From Obrimoposthia wandeli (Eukaryota), in NCBI GenBank assembly GCA_977020255.1, contig CDROCS010003840.1, forward strand, positions 62,001 through 126,000: DNA of 64,000 nt, given 5' to 3'. Position numbers and translations under genes: made by a program. The notes beneath the pieces were generated by a model. That model worked only from the letters and a program-made list of their open reading frames with translations. It had not been told where the DNA came from and did no database searches. The first letter of the stretch is position 1. Each line of letters starts with the position of its first letter. Positions 29,847 to 42,237 of the stretch are shown piece after piece.

Positions 29847-30286
29847 TGCCGCAAGAAAATGCGAGTAATACTGTTAATCCAGTAAGCAGTAAACCGACAA
29901 TCTTGGTCGTGGCTGGAGTGATTGAAAAGCAAGGTCGTTATTTATTAGCGCAGCGTTTTGAACATGCTAGTCAAGGTGGGTTATGGGAGTTTCCCGGTGG
30001 TAAAGTGGAAGAGGGAGAAACACCTCAATCTGCTTTAGAGCGGGAGCTAATGGAAGAACTCGCTATTCAAACAACGACAGGTCAGTTTCTTGCTGATAGC
30101 GTGTTTGATTATGGTGATAAGATAATCCACTTGAAAGGGTATCTTAGCCATTGGGTGTCGGGTTCATTAACTTTACATAGCCATCAAACAAGTGTGTGGG
30201 CTGAGTTAACAGAAATAGGCCATTATGCACTTTGCCCTGCAGACTATCCTATTCTAGAGGCTTTAGACGCAAAACAAAGCACATGA
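29846..30286 (+). CDS. nudG: Nudix pyrimidine (deoxy)nucleoside triphosphate pyrophosphohydrolase
   Basis: Nudix box GGKVEEGETPQSALERELMEELAI, LCPADYP. Confidence 0.85.
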   Translation: MPQENASNTVNPVSSKPTILVVAGVIEKQGRYLLAQRFEHASQGGLWEFPGGKVEEGETPQSALERELMEELAIQTTTGQFLADSVFDYGDKIIHLKGYLSHWVSGSLTLHSHQTSVWAELTEIGHYALCPADYPILEALDAKQST

Positions 30287-30316
30287 AAAAAGGAGAACAT
30301 GATGTTCTCCTTTTTT
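30286..30316. terminator. Bidirectional terminator between nudG and dsbB
   Basis: AAAAAAGGAGAACAT-G-ATGTTCTCCTTTTTT. Confidence 0.9.
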
Positions 30317-30371
30317 TGTTTAAACCGTATTCAAGGGTGCTTTATATCAATTTAGACAAGAAACTGAACAT

Positions 30372-30902
30372 TTACATATCCCGAATGGCATTCGTCTTCT
30401 TACTAAAAAACTGAGCAATAACGATCAATGCTAATGCGACCAAATTGCCTGCAAAGATAATAACGAGCCATTGTGGCATTGATTGCCCAAGGAAAGTCCA
30501 AACGACTTCTGCACAATCGCCGTAAGCTTCGAACATCCATGGAACCCATTTATTCAATGGTGCCCAGCTAGGGAACTGTACAAAGAGATCACAGGTTGCA
30601 AAAGGTGATGGGTTGAATTGATAACTCACATGTTCAATCGATAGCTGTAAGCCTCTTACTGCGCTGTAACCCCACGCGATAAGCCCTGTCCAACGAATGA
30701 TTGCATATTGTGGAGCAATAGCGCCTAACAGTGCTGCAAATGCAATGCCCATCATGGCAACGCGTTCATAAATACACATTACGCAAGGCCCTAGCTTCAT
30801 GCCATGTTGGAAGAACAGAGCACTACCCTCGAAAAAAACAATACACAGAAGTAACAGTAACCAAGATGCACGGCTTTTTGAGAATGTGTTTAGAAATTGC
30901 AT
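30372..30902 (-). CDS. dsbB: Disulfide bond formation protein B
   Basis: PCVMCIYER, PSPFATCD, WMFEAYGDC, MPQWL. Confidence 0.96.
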   Translation of the reverse strand: MQFLNTFSKSRASWLLLLLCIVFFEGSALFFQHGMKLGPCVMCIYERVAMMGIAFAALLGAIAPQYAIIRWTGLIAWGYSAVRGLQLSIEHVSYQFNPSPFATCDLFVQFPSWAPLNKWVPWMFEAYGDCAEVVWTFLGQSMPQWLVIIFAGNLVALALIVIAQFFSKKTNAIRDM

Positions 30903-30941
30903 GTGATGATCTCTAAGCTAATTGAAGTCAAAGTATAAAAT

Positions 30942-30965
30942 AAAGCCCTGACTAATCAGGGCTTT
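30942..30965 (-). terminator. Terminator after nhaB
   Basis: AAAGCCCTGA-CTAA-TCAGGGCTTT; the minus-strand transcript has a U-rich tail. Confidence 0.75.
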
Positions 30966-31004
30966 TACATTTATATCGGACACTTATAATCGCGAATAAT
31001 TCAA

Positions 31005-32597
31005 TTAATGTCCAGCAGCAGGTGCAATCGTCGACATGACTTCACCCGTATTATGAACCAGCCAGCCCATGTCGTAGAACCACTCTGTCATTGGCAGAAG
31101 CATAAATTCGATACCGGCTAAACCAACCAGTGCAAGTACAATAGTATAAGGCAATGCCATATATACCATACGACCATACGAAAGGCGGATTAAAGGAGCA
31201 AGTGCCGAGGTCAGTACGAACAAGAATGCAGCTTGACCATTTGGTGTAGCCACTGACGGTAGGTTTGTACCCGTGTTAATCGCAACAGCTAACATATCGA
31301 ATTGGTCGCGAGTAATTGCACCACTGACTAAGGCTGCTTTGACTTCATTGATGTAAACTGTACCCACAAAGACGTTATCCGACACCATAGAAAGTAGGCC
31401 ATTGGCGATATAGAACATCGTCATCTGTGCATTACCGTTCAGGGTCAGTACCCAAGAAATAATGGGTGTGAATAAATGTTGATCAATGATTACAGCAACA
31501 ATGGAGAAGAAAACGGCCAATAACGCGGTAAACGGTAACGCTTCTTCAAACGCCTTACCTAAAGCGTGTTCTTCAGTCACACCTGTAAAAGATGTTGCAA
31601 AAATAATAACAGTTAAGCCAATCAAGCCTACAGCAGCTAAGTGCATGGCTAGACCAACAATTAACCATACTGCGATTAGCGCTTGAGCCGTTAATTTAGC
31701 GTAATCAATGTTTGTACGACTTTTACGTTCTTCATTATCATAATCGACCAAAATTCTACGTACGTTTTCAGGTAACCGTGTTCCGTAGCCGCAAATTTGG
31801 AATTTTTCGACCAATGCACATGTCAATAACCCACAGAAGAAAACAGGAACAGTTACTGGTGACATGCGAAGAATAAACTCACCGAATAACCAACCTGCTT
31901 GGTCTGCAATAATTAGATTCTGAGGCTCACCAACCATTGTCATTACGCCACCTAATGCCGTACCGATACCGGCGTGCATAAGTAAACTACGTAAGAATGA
32001 GCGGTAATTTTCCAGATCATCTCGGCTCACTTCACGCACGTGAGTGTCTGTGGTGTGATCATGAGAAGAACTAGGATCTTGTCCTGATGCTACTTTGTGA
32101 TAAATGCTATAGAAGCCGACTGTAACGCTGATAACAACGGCGATAACCGTTAGTGCATCAAGGAAAGCGGAAAGAAATGCAGCCATTAAACAAAAAGATA
32201 ATGACAGCAGAATCTTAGAGCGAATACCAATCAGTATTTTAGTAAAGATATAAAGCAGTAACTGCTTCATAAAGTAAATGCCAGCGACCATGAAAATCAA
32301 TAGTAGTAGTACTTCAATATTCGCAACCAGCTCATGTTTTACCTGAGCTGGACTAGTCATACCGATAGCAACAGCTTCAATAGCTAATAATCCGCCAGGT
32401 TGGAGAGGGTAACATTTTAGTGCCATTGCTAGTGTGAATATAAATTCGACAACTAACAACCAGCCAGCAACAAAAGGATCAACTAAAAAGAAAACAAAGG
32501 GATTGATGATAAGAAAGGAAATTATTGTGATTTTATACCAATCAGGCGCTTTACCTAAAAAGTTCTTAATAAACGCGTTCCCTAGCGAAATAGCCAT
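31005..32597 (-). CDS. nhaB: Na+/H+ antiporter NhaB
   Basis: [52 protein letters not shown]. Confidence 0.98.
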   Translation of the reverse strand: MAISLGNAFIKNFLGKAPDWYKITIISFLIINPFVFFLVDPFVAGWLLVVEFIFTLAMALKCYPLQPGGLLAIEAVAIGMTSPAQVKHELVANIEVLLLLIFMVAGIYFMKQLLLYIFTKILIGIRSKILLSLSFCLMAAFLSAFLDALTVIAVVISVTVGFYSIYHKVASGQDPSSSHDHTTDTHVREVSRDDLENYRSFLRSLLMHAGIGTALGGVMTMVGEPQNLIIADQAGWLFGEFILRMSPVTVPVFFCGLLTCALVEKFQICGYGTRLPENVRRILVDYDNEERKSRTNIDYAKLTAQALIAVWLIVGLAMHLAAVGLIGLTVIIFATSFTGVTEEHALGKAFEEALPFTALLAVFFSIVAVIIDQHLFTPIISWVLTLNGNAQMTMFYIANGLLSMVSDNVFVGTVYINEVKAALVSGAITRDQFDMLAVAINTGTNLPSVATPNGQAAFLFVLTSALAPLIRLSYGRMVYMALPYTIVLALVGLAGIEFMLLPMTEWFYDMGWLVHNTGEVMSTIAPAAGH

Positions 32598-32985
32598 CTT
32601 TGGGGTCTCTTATAATGTACGTGTTAATAAATGAGCTGGGCGCGGCCTTTGTATCCATTAAAACCTCTAAGCTAAACATCATATCTGGTTGGATAAATTA
32701 GATGGTGTTTAACTTAAAGTAGGCAGCAGCGTCCATTCAGCTCCCAGTATTAATTCGATGCTAACTGTACCGTTAGATCCGAAGCAGTCAAGTTATGTAA
32801 GCTGATGTTACATAAATTACTCAGGTTTCATCTCAAAATGAGAATATTAATGTGCTAGAAACTCATGGTATGCAATTTACAGTTAAAAGTGTAAGCAAAT
32901 GTTGCGCAGAATCAACTTTACTTAACATCTAGGCCTGAATATGTCTCTGTTCTACTTTCTGTAATTTCGCCTATTCTTGAACTGG

Positions 32986-32994
32986 TGGTATGAT
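32986..32994 (+). promoter_or_regulatory. Extended -10 element of the fadR promoter
   Basis: TG-G-TATGAT about 45 bp upstream of the ATG. Confidence 0.5.
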
Positions 32995-33038
32995 GAGTGA
33001 ATAAAATATAAACAAGAAGCAAATTGGATAGTATTTAA

Positions 33039-33890
33039 ATGGTTATAAAGGCTGACAGTCCAGCAACGTTTGCTGAGAAATATATCATTGAGAGTATCTG
33101 GAATGGTCACTTTCCTCAGGGTTCTATTCTTCCAGCAGAACGTGAATTATCAGAACTGATTGGCGTAACTCGCACAACATTACGTGAAGTATTACAGCGG
33201 TTAGCTCGTGATGGATGGTTGACTATCCAACACGGTAAGCCAACACGTGTGAATAATTATATGGAGACTTCAGGTCTTAGTATTTTAGACACTTTGATTA
33301 CGTTAGACGGTCAAGATGTTCAGAGTGTACTTGAAGATCTATTAGCTGCTCGCACTGATATCAGCAGCGTGTTCATGCGCTATGCCGTGAAGGGTAACGG
33401 TAAAGAATCTAGCGAGTTGATTGAGCATGTTATTCAATCATGTGAAGAGCTGTTGAATGCAAATAGCTTTGCTGAGTTCGTAGAAAATAGCGATGACAAA
33501 CTGCCACTTATGCAGCAAGTTAAGAAAATTGTTGATAAATATGGCAAAACGGATCCTGAATTGTGTGAAGCAGTTTGCCGTGCTCGTGCATTTAACTATT
33601 ATGATTATCGTTTGTTCCAAGGTTTAGCGGGCAAATCAGGTAACAAGTTGTATGTATTGACGATTAATGGTTTGCGTAAAATTTACACCCGTGTGGGTGG
33701 TTATTATTTCATGAGCCCAGAAGCGTGCCAGTTAGCACTAGATTTCTACCGTGAAATGCAGTCTTACTGTGATAATAATCAACCAGAACATGTTGCCGAT
33801 CGTTTAAAGAAATATGGTCGTGAAAGTGGTGCGATTTGGTATAGTAACCGTATCGAAATTGCACGTTACTTGTACGAAGAAGAACAGTAA
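33039..33890 (+). CDS. fadR: Fatty-acid metabolism regulator FadR (long Vibrionaceae type)
   Basis: [48 protein letters not shown]; 283 aa, includes a ~40-aa insertion. Confidence 0.97.
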   Translation: MVIKADSPATFAEKYIIESIWNGHFPQGSILPAERELSELIGVTRTTLREVLQRLARDGWLTIQHGKPTRVNNYMETSGLSILDTLITLDGQDVQSVLEDLLAARTDISSVFMRYAVKGNGKESSELIEHVIQSCEELLNANSFAEFVENSDDKLPLMQQVKKIVDKYGKTDPELCEAVCRARAFNYYDYRLFQGLAGKSGNKLYVLTINGLRKIYTRVGGYYFMSPEACQLALDFYREMQSYCDNNQPEHVADRLKKYGRESGAIWYSNRIEIARYLYEEEQ

Positions 33891-33912
33891 CTGTTCTTTA
33901 ATTTATATATAT

Positions 33913-33946
33913 AAAAAGCCGAAGGTAATATTACCTTCGGCTTTTT
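33913..33946. terminator. Bidirectional terminator (34-bp perfect palindrome) between fadR and ycgB
   Basis: AAAAAGCCGAAGGTAAT|ATTACCTTCGGCTTTTT. Confidence 0.9.
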
Positions 33947-33998
33947 TTATCGTCTTTTTTACGTTACCTTTCACACAGTCTGTTACATAAAATAGGCT

Positions 33999-35528
33999 TT
34001 ATATTTCAGTGTTATATTGATTTTGAATAGGGCAAGTTGCCAGAATTTGTGTTCTGCCATCAGGCATCTCTTCTTCAAGCGTTACGTCAAACCCCCAAAT
34101 ACGGTGTAAATGTTTAATCACCTCATTATAGCTATCTGCGAGTGGTACACGATTGTGTGGTACATAACGAAGAGTTAATGAACGATCACCTCTAAGCGCT
34201 ACATTCCAAACTTGAATGTTGGGCTCATTATTACTGAGGTTGTACTGAGAGGATAACTTTTCACGAATAGCACGATAGCCTTCTTCATTATGAATCGCAT
34301 CGACTTCCACATAGTTGTGTCTGTCATCATCATTGACGGCAAAGAGCTTAAAATCACGCATTAACTTTGGCGATAGATATTGGCTAATAAAGCTTTCATC
34401 TTTAAAGTTTCTCATCGCAAAATGTACAGTTTCCAACCAATCCTTACCTGCAATATCAGGAAACCACTGTTTATCCTCTTCTGTTGGGTTTTCACACATA
34501 CGTCGAATATCTTGGAACATAGCAAAACCAAGGGCATAAGGATTAATACCACTGTAGTAAGGGCTATTATATTCAGGCTGTACCACAACATTGGTATGGT
34601 TGTGAAGGAATTCCATAATGAAACGGTCAGTGACTAAACCGTCGTCATAGAGGTGGTTCATGATGGTGTAGTGCCAAAAAGTCGCCCAACCTTCGTTCAT
34701 TACTTGGGTTTGTTTTTGCGGGTAGAAATATTGGCTAACTTTACGCACAATCCGAACAATTTCTCTTTGCCAAGGCTCTAGCAAGGGAGCGTGCTTTTCG
34801 AAGAAATAAAGAATATTTTCTTGAGGCTCAGAAGGGAAACGAACTTCTTCTGTATAGCTCTCTTTTTCTTCATTAACTGGAATTGTACGCCATAGTGAAT
34901 TCACTTGAGTTTGCAAATAATCTTCACGTGCTTTTTGGCGTGCTGTTTCTTCCACTAACGATATTTTTTGTGGTCGTTTGTAGCGATCAACACCGTAGTT
35001 CATTAATGCGTGGCAAGAATCGAGTAGCCTCTCGACATCATTTACGCCATACCTTTCTTCACATTCTGTAATGTATTTACGGGCAAATAATAGATAATCA
35101 ATGATCGAACTTGCATCTGTCCATGTCTTGAATAAATAGTTACCTTTGAAGAAAGAATTATGACCATAACATGCGTGCGCCATAACTAACGCCTGCATCG
35201 TGATGGTATTTTCTTCCATTAGGTAAGAGATACAAGGGTCTGAATTAATGACAATTTCATAAGCCAGACCCATTTGACCATGCTTGTAACCACGTTCCGT
35301 TTCGATGAAACGTTTACCGAATGACCAATGATGGTAATTAATTGGCATGCCGATACTGGAATAAGCATCCATCATTTGTTCAGCTGTAATGATCTCTATC
35401 TGGTTGGGATAGGCATCTAACTGATAATGGTCAGCAATACGTTTGATCTCTACGTGATACTGATCAAGTAGGTCAAAAGTCCAATCTGGACCATCACTGA
35501 GTGTTTTTGTCTTTGTGGTTGTAACCAT
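33999..35528 (-). CDS. ycgB: SpoVR-family protein
   Basis: DGPDWTFDLL, GLAYEIVINS, HACYGHNSFFK, KTQVMNEGWATFWH, INPYALG. Confidence 0.95.
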   Translation of the reverse strand: MVTTTKTKTLSDGPDWTFDLLDQYHVEIKRIADHYQLDAYPNQIEIITAEQMMDAYSSIGMPINYHHWSFGKRFIETERGYKHGQMGLAYEIVINSDPCISYLMEENTITMQALVMAHACYGHNSFFKGNYLFKTWTDASSIIDYLLFARKYITECEERYGVNDVERLLDSCHALMNYGVDRYKRPQKISLVEETARQKAREDYLQTQVNSLWRTIPVNEEKESYTEEVRFPSEPQENILYFFEKHAPLLEPWQREIVRIVRKVSQYFYPQKQTQVMNEGWATFWHYTIMNHLYDDGLVTDRFIMEFLHNHTNVVVQPEYNSPYYSGINPYALGFAMFQDIRRMCENPTEEDKQWFPDIAGKDWLETVHFAMRNFKDESFISQYLSPKLMRDFKLFAVNDDDRHNYVEVDAIHNEEGYRAIREKLSSQYNLSNNEPNIQVWNVALRGDRSLTLRYVPHNRVPLADSYNEVIKHLHRIWGFDVTLEEEMPDGRTQILATCPIQNQYNTEI

Positions 35529-35599
35529 ATAACACACTCCCCAAAAGCGCTTATTGACATCAAAAACTAATTATCAACACGTGTTAACTCTGTTAGCCA

Positions 35600-36871
35600 C
35601 TAGCTGACTTGTTTTTTAAATAGCTCCCTGAAGACAGGGAAAATGTCATCCACAGTCCTGATGTTTTGCATTGCAAAGTTGGCGTGAGTACCTTGCAGTG
35701 CTTCGTATTCTCTCCAGAGTGTTTGATGTGCTCGTCGAGTAATTTCGATATAAGAGTAATAACGGGTTACTGGTAGAATGTCTTTATTGAGTATTTCACG
35801 ACAGCCTGGCGAGTCATCAGCCCAGTTATCACCATCAGATGATTGAGCCGCATAGATATTCCATTCAGCAGGGGAGTAACGCTTTTTGATGATGTCATCC
35901 ATCATACGTAAGGCGCTGGATACAATAGTGCCCCCAGTTTCCTGCGAGTAGAAAAACTCGTGTTCATCGACTTCTTTAGCTTGTGTATGGTGGCGAATAA
36001 AGACCACATCTACATTCTTGTAGGTTCGATTTAAAAACAAATACAGTAAAATATAGAAGCGTTTCGCAATATCTTTTGTGGCTTGATCCATCGAACCAGA
36101 GACATCCATTAAGCAGAACATAACAGCTTGGCTGCTTGGCTGAGGACGACGCTCATAGTTTTTGTAGCGTAAGTCAAAGGTATCAATAAACGGCACACTG
36201 CTTATTTTCTTTTGCAGTGCCTCTATTTCTTCTAGAATCTTCTTTTCTTCAAACGGTTGTGCAGGCTCTGTGGTCTGTAACAAGTCTAGAGCTTGTTCAA
36301 ATTCACGTAGTTGTCGGCGTTTTGCTGCCGTCATTGCTGTACGACGTGCCAATGAATTTTGTAATGATCGTACGATGGCAATATTCGACGGTACACCAGC
36401 TGATTTATAACCGGAACGGAATGTTTTCCATTCAACAATCTTATTGAGTTGGTTCTTTTGAAGATTGGGTAATTCCAAATCTTCAAACAGTAAATCAAGA
36501 TATTCATCTTTTGATATTTGAAAGACGAACTCATCCTCACCTTCACCATCTTGGCTAGCTTGACCTTCACCCGCGCCGCCTTGACCCCCCCCACTAGGGG
36601 GGCGTTCAATACGATCGCCAGGGCTAAATTGATCGTTGCCTGGGTGAACAACATTACGTTGTCCACCGCGGCCTTGATGAAAGCTTGGCTCTCTGATATC
36701 ACGAGAAGGGATAGTAATATCTTCCCCGCTCTCAACATCGGTAATAGAGCGCTTATTGACCGCATCCGCAATTGATTCTTTAATTTGCGATTTATGGCGG
36801 CGTAAGAAGCGCTGTCGATTCACCGTGCTTTTATTTTTACCATTGAGCCTGCGGTCTATAAAATGCGCCAT
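35600..36871 (-). CDS. yeaH: YeaH/YhbH-family protein (VWA-like, MIDAS motif)
   Basis: [49 protein letters not shown]. Confidence 0.95.
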   Translation of the reverse strand: MAHFIDRRLNGKNKSTVNRQRFLRRHKSQIKESIADAVNKRSITDVESGEDITIPSRDIREPSFHQGRGGQRNVVHPGNDQFSPGDRIERPPSGGGQGGAGEGQASQDGEGEDEFVFQISKDEYLDLLFEDLELPNLQKNQLNKIVEWKTFRSGYKSAGVPSNIAIVRSLQNSLARRTAMTAAKRRQLREFEQALDLLQTTEPAQPFEEKKILEEIEALQKKISSVPFIDTFDLRYKNYERRPQPSSQAVMFCLMDVSGSMDQATKDIAKRFYILLYLFLNRTYKNVDVVFIRHHTQAKEVDEHEFFYSQETGGTIVSSALRMMDDIIKKRYSPAEWNIYAAQSSDGDNWADDSPGCREILNKDILPVTRYYSYIEITRRAHQTLWREYEALQGTHANFAMQNIRTVDDIFPVFRELFKKQVS

Positions 36872-36922
36872 AAGCTCTCCCCCCTGTATATTTATCCTAC
36901 CGCGTATTCATCATCTTCCTAC

Positions 36923-38857
36923 TTATGAAGACTTACGTACGCGTAGATACCATTCAGATAACAAACGTACTTGTTTACGGGTGTAACCTTTTTCCATCAT
37001 TCGAGCGACAAAATCATCATGTTTCTTTTGTTCATCCGTTGATGTTTTGGCGTTAAAGGAAATAACAGGAAGCAGTTCTTCTGTATTTGAGAACATCTTC
37101 TTCTCAATGACAGTGCGCAGTTTTTCATAGCTAGTCCAATTGGGATTTGTTCCTGCATTGTTAGCTCGTGCACGAAGTACAAAGTTCACAATCTCGTTTC
37201 GGAAATCCTTTGGATTACTGATCCCAGCAGGCTTTTCAATTTTTTCCAGTTCATTATTTAATGCTGAACGGTCAAAGAGTTGCCCTGTGTCTGGATCGCG
37301 GTATTCTTGATCTTGAATCCAAAAATCAGCGTAACTCACGTAGCGATCAAAGATGTTCTGACCGTATTCAGAGTATGATTCAAGGTATGCGGTTTGGATT
37401 TCTTTTCCAATAAACTCAACATATTTCGGAATCAAATAACCTTTCAAGAATTCGAGGTATTTTTCAGACAAATCTTGCGGAAACTGTTCACGCTCAATTT
37501 GTTGTTCAAGTACGTAGAATAGGTGAACAGGGTTCGCTGCGACTTCAGAGTGATCGAAGTTAAATACGCGAGATAGGATCTTAAAGGCAAAACGAGTCGA
37601 TAGACCGTTCATTCCTTCATCGACACCAGCGTAATCGCGGTATTCTTGGTACGATTTTGCTTTAGGATCGGTATCTTTTAATGTTTCACCATCATAGACC
37701 CGCATTTTCGAATAAATGCTTGAATTCTCAGGCTCTTTCAAACGAGAAAGTGCGGTGAATCGAGCAAGGATTTCTAGTGTGCTAGGTGAACATGGCGCTG
37801 AAGATAGCTCACTGTTTTGCAGTAGTTTGGTGTAGATCTTAACCTCTTCCGAAACACGTAAACAATAGGGGACTTTGACGATATAAACACGATCGAGAAA
37901 GGCTTCGTTGTTCTTATTATTTCGGAATGCTAGCCATTCAGATTCGTTAGAGTGCGCAAGAATAATGCCGTCAAACGGCAGTGCTGATAAACCTTCAGTA
38001 CCGTTATAGTTACCTTCCTGTGTGGCTGTTAGTAGAGGGTGTAGCACTTTTAATGGTGCTTTAAACATCTCTACAAATTCCATCATCCCTTGGTTAGCTT
38101 TACACAATGCACCTGAGTAACTGTATGCATCAGGATCATCTTGTGAAAAGTGCTCAAGCTGTCGAATATCGACTTTACCGACTAGCGCTGAAATATCTTG
38201 ATTGTTTTCATCACCTGGTTCAGTTTTAGCAATACCTACTTGATCAAGAATAGATGGACGCACCTTGATAACTTTAAATTTGGTGATGTCGCCACCAAAT
38301 TCATGAAGGCGTTTTGCTGCCCAAGGAGACATAATACTATTTAGATAACGATCCGGAATTCCGTATTCTTTATTTAGAATATCGCTATCTTCATTTTTAT
38401 CGAATAAGCAGAAAGGGTGGTCATTAACGGGGCTACGCTCACCGTTTGCCGTTAGAATATAGATGGGCATTTTCTGCATTAAGCTTTTTAGCTTTTCAGC
38501 TAATGATGATTTACCGCCACCTACAGGGCCGAGTAAATACAGAATTTGTTTACGTTCTTCTAGACCTTGTGCAGCATGTCTTAGGTAGGAAACAATTTGT
38601 TCTATCGCATCTTCCATGCCATAGAAATCTTCGAATGTTTCGTAGCGTGAAATTACACGGTTAGAGAAAAGTCTGCTCAAGCATGGATCTTGAGCGGTAT
38701 CGATCATTTTTGGTTCACCGATGGCCATAAGCAGGCGTTCTGCTGCGTTCACATATGAACTACGGTCATTACGGCAGATCTCAAGGAATTCTTGCAACGA
38801 AAGCTCTTCATCCTTGGCTTCTTCATAGCGTTGACGATAATGGTCAAAAATACTCAT
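36923..38857 (-). CDS. yeaG: PrkA-family AAA+ / serine protein kinase
   Basis: MSIFDHYRQRYE, Walker A GPVGGGKS, EFVEMFKAP, EWYLRVRKSS. Confidence 0.97.
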   Translation of the reverse strand: MSIFDHYRQRYEEAKDEELSLQEFLEICRNDRSSYVNAAERLLMAIGEPKMIDTAQDPCLSRLFSNRVISRYETFEDFYGMEDAIEQIVSYLRHAAQGLEERKQILYLLGPVGGGKSSLAEKLKSLMQKMPIYILTANGERSPVNDHPFCLFDKNEDSDILNKEYGIPDRYLNSIMSPWAAKRLHEFGGDITKFKVIKVRPSILDQVGIAKTEPGDENNQDISALVGKVDIRQLEHFSQDDPDAYSYSGALCKANQGMMEFVEMFKAPLKVLHPLLTATQEGNYNGTEGLSALPFDGIILAHSNESEWLAFRNNKNNEAFLDRVYIVKVPYCLRVSEEVKIYTKLLQNSELSSAPCSPSTLEILARFTALSRLKEPENSSIYSKMRVYDGETLKDTDPKAKSYQEYRDYAGVDEGMNGLSTRFAFKILSRVFNFDHSEVAANPVHLFYVLEQQIEREQFPQDLSEKYLEFLKGYLIPKYVEFIGKEIQTAYLESYSEYGQNIFDRYVSYADFWIQDQEYRDPDTGQLFDRSALNNELEKIEKPAGISNPKDFRNEIVNFVLRARANNAGTNPNWTSYEKLRTVIEKKMFSNTEELLPVISFNAKTSTDEQKKHDDFVARMMEKGYTRKQVRLLSEWYLRVRKSS

Positions 38858-39461
38858 GGTATGCCCCCTTAATCGTTCTTTAATCAATTAGAAAGGACGA
38901 AAACAAAAAACTTTCACATCCCTCATCTCTAAGACTAGACCTAACTGATCAAAATGCTTCACTGAGTTGTTGGTTTTTAAATAAATTTCCTTTTTTCTCT
39001 CATTTAGCTGGCTTGTATATTTATTGCTCACAATCTCACTATCCTCTTAAAAAATGGGAGATGCAAGCAAGATTGTTAATCAAATGTAAGCGAATTTTGC
39101 CTGTATTTAGTATTTGTTCTATCAGTAGTCGTTAACATTATTTAATTAATATATTTCGGTTTTATATGCTTGCTTGTCGTCATTCTATAATTTTATTAAG
39201 GTGCTGAGATCGATTTTTATGGAGTATAACTGTGTTTTAAAGGCTGTTCGTATAATGATAATAAATATATTTTTACCCGCTTGTGTGATTTTTTTGTGCT
39301 ACGTGAATGAACTTACTTGTCTCTTTCTAAGAGTTAATTAAAAAATACGTAGCATTTACGGTATTTCTCTTCGTAGAGCTTATTTTTTGAGCGAAATCAA
39401 CAACCCTGTTTTAAGCTTAAGAGATAGAACAATAAAAATTATAGATAGGGGACTTTGATTT

Positions 39462-39842
39462 ATGGGTATTTCACGTGTTGATACAGTATCAATTCCTGTT
39501 TCTAACCAGAGTCAGTCATTGTTATTTTATCGTGATGCGTTGGGCTTTGAATTAGTACGTGATCATCATGCAAATAATAAGAAGCGCTGGATCCAACTTG
39601 CCCCTAAAGGGGCAGAAACAACCATTAGTTTAGTGGTGCCGTTTGCCGGAATGAAAGCGGGGTCTGTTCAAGGGTTGGTCGTGCAAACTGATGATATAAC
39701 ATCGACTTACAATGAATTGTCAGGCAAGGGAGTGAGCATATCGGAGGTTGTGTCGCTTATTGGCGGCCGCTTTGCAACGTTCACCGATCCTGATGGTAAT
39801 GGTTGGGTACTCATTGAAGCGACATCGCATATGATGGCTTAA
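39462..39842 (+). CDS. VOC/glyoxalase-bleomycin-resistance-family protein
   Basis: VSIPVSNQSQSLLFYRDALGFEL and FTDPDGNGWVLIE. Confidence 0.85.
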   Translation: MGISRVDTVSIPVSNQSQSLLFYRDALGFELVRDHHANNKKRWIQLAPKGAETTISLVVPFAGMKAGSVQGLVVQTDDITSTYNELSGKGVSISEVVSLIGGRFATFTDPDGNGWVLIEATSHMMA

Positions 39843-39870
39843 TGATCATTGTTTCAAGTATGCTAATAAT

Positions 39871-39899
39871 AAAAAGCCGCACGGTGATGCGGCTTGTTT
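39871..39899. terminator. Terminator between the VOC gene and yeaD
   Basis: AAAAAGCCGCA-CGGTGA-TGCGGCTT. Confidence 0.75.
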
Positions 39900-39941
39900 A
39901 ACTGAATATCAAAAACAAGGTAATGACGAATAAAAGTCTGA

Positions 39942-40817
39942 TTACTTTTTAACTGAAATCAGTGTACTTAAAGTGTGGGATTGACCTGGTGCTAACTCAA
40001 TACCTTGACCATAAATCGTTGATTCAACACACACCATAGTTTCAAAACTGTTATCAGCCATGTCACTCATACTGATTGATAGGTCTTGCCAAGGGTTCCA
40101 AATAACCGCGGCATTATTACCTTGGTTTTTAACTGCAATTTGGCGTGTATTATTTTTATCATTAATGGTGATAATATCTTGTGGTGAGGTGTAAACGCGA
40201 TCCACTTCTTGAGTAAAGGTGAGTGTGTTATTACCTTCTACGGCTTTATCACCTTGTGTGCTATCGCTGAAATTTTTACCCATACCTGTAATTTCAACAG
40301 TATTGATATCTGCAACAGTGAAATAAGTATGTAAGGCACCAGCGTATGACCAGCTATGATCATCAACATTGGTTGATGTTAAGTGGACTTTAAGTTCTGT
40401 GCCAATTTCAAAAATAAGTTCATTTTTGAATTTATGTGGCCACATTTCACGTGTTGACTCAGAGTCTTCCAATGCCAGTGAAATAACCACACCTTTACTA
40501 TTTTCACGGTGTTCCTTGAGTGTCCATTGGCTATTTCGTGCGAAACCATGAGACGGTGTTGCTGCTTTTCCAAACCAAGGCCAACAGACAGGAATACCGC
40601 CACGAATGGCTTTAGTTGTATCAAACTCAGCTTTTTCACTAAGCCATATTACATCTTGCTCACCTGCTGGTTTGAACCAAATTAGGTGTCCACCATGAAG
40701 AGATATACCCGCTTCGGCAGTATCATGAATAACGCGAACTATTTTCACGCCCTGAAATTCACAAATGGTAACAGCATCTGAAAGTGCATTAATCGTTGAA
40801 AGCTTACGTAAATCCAT
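39942..40817 (-). CDS. yeaD: D-hexose-6-phosphate mutarotase
   Basis: AIRGGIPVCWPWFG, HGFAR, ALHTYF, VIWNPW, MVCVES. Confidence 0.95.
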   Translation of the reverse strand: MDLRKLSTINALSDAVTICEFQGVKIVRVIHDTAEAGISLHGGHLIWFKPAGEQDVIWLSEKAEFDTTKAIRGGIPVCWPWFGKAATPSHGFARNSQWTLKEHRENSKGVVISLALEDSESTREMWPHKFKNELIFEIGTELKVHLTSTNVDDHSWSYAGALHTYFTVADINTVEITGMGKNFSDSTQGDKAVEGNNTLTFTQEVDRVYTSPQDIITINDKNNTRQIAVKNQGNNAAVIWNPWQDLSISMSDMADNSFETMVCVESTIYGQGIELAPGQSHTLSTLISVKK

Positions 40818-41119
40818 CGAGTATTCCTTACTTAACTAAGATTTAAATGTTTATTCTGCTATTTAATCAAAATTTCACGTAAAAAAGATAGCGGAATAAA
40901 AACTTATTTCTCGTTTAAAAATATCATCATTTATGAAAACTTATTTGTTAAATTTGTAAAATCTCAACAAAGGGAACAAATGTAAACCTGACTCTGTAGC
41001 GGTTCAATGATACTAAAAGTGATCTATTTATAGTGTTTTTTGTTATTTACAATACGAAAGGGGTGGGTTTCATTGCGTGTGGTGGCGTTACTATCAATGG
41101 TTGCGTGTATTTTAGGTAT

Positions 41120-41146
41120 AAAAAAAGGCAGCTAATAGCTGCCCTT
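41120..41146 (-). terminator. Terminator after gapA
   Basis: GGCAGCT-AAT-AGCTGCC with an A run that gives a U tract on the minus strand. Confidence 0.85.
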
Positions 41147-41168
41147 ATATCACTTTACTAAGTAAAAA

Positions 41169-42185
<1,017 letters not shown>

Positions 42186-42208
42186 CTAATGAAAGATAAC
42201 TGGTGGTA

Positions 42209-42237
42209 AAATTACAGAATCCTTAGTGACCCTGCAA
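42209..42237 (-). promoter_or_regulatory. Sigma-70 promoter of gapA
   Basis: Minus strand TTGCAG-17 nt-TAATTT. Confidence 0.6.

Noticed and set aside
36331-36771. 146-aa alternative-frame ORF inside yeaH; likewise the other 60-120-aa ORFs nested in lon, clpX, MFS, gapA, topB and yejK
   Set aside because: Nested in well-supported genes, with no SD or family motifs.
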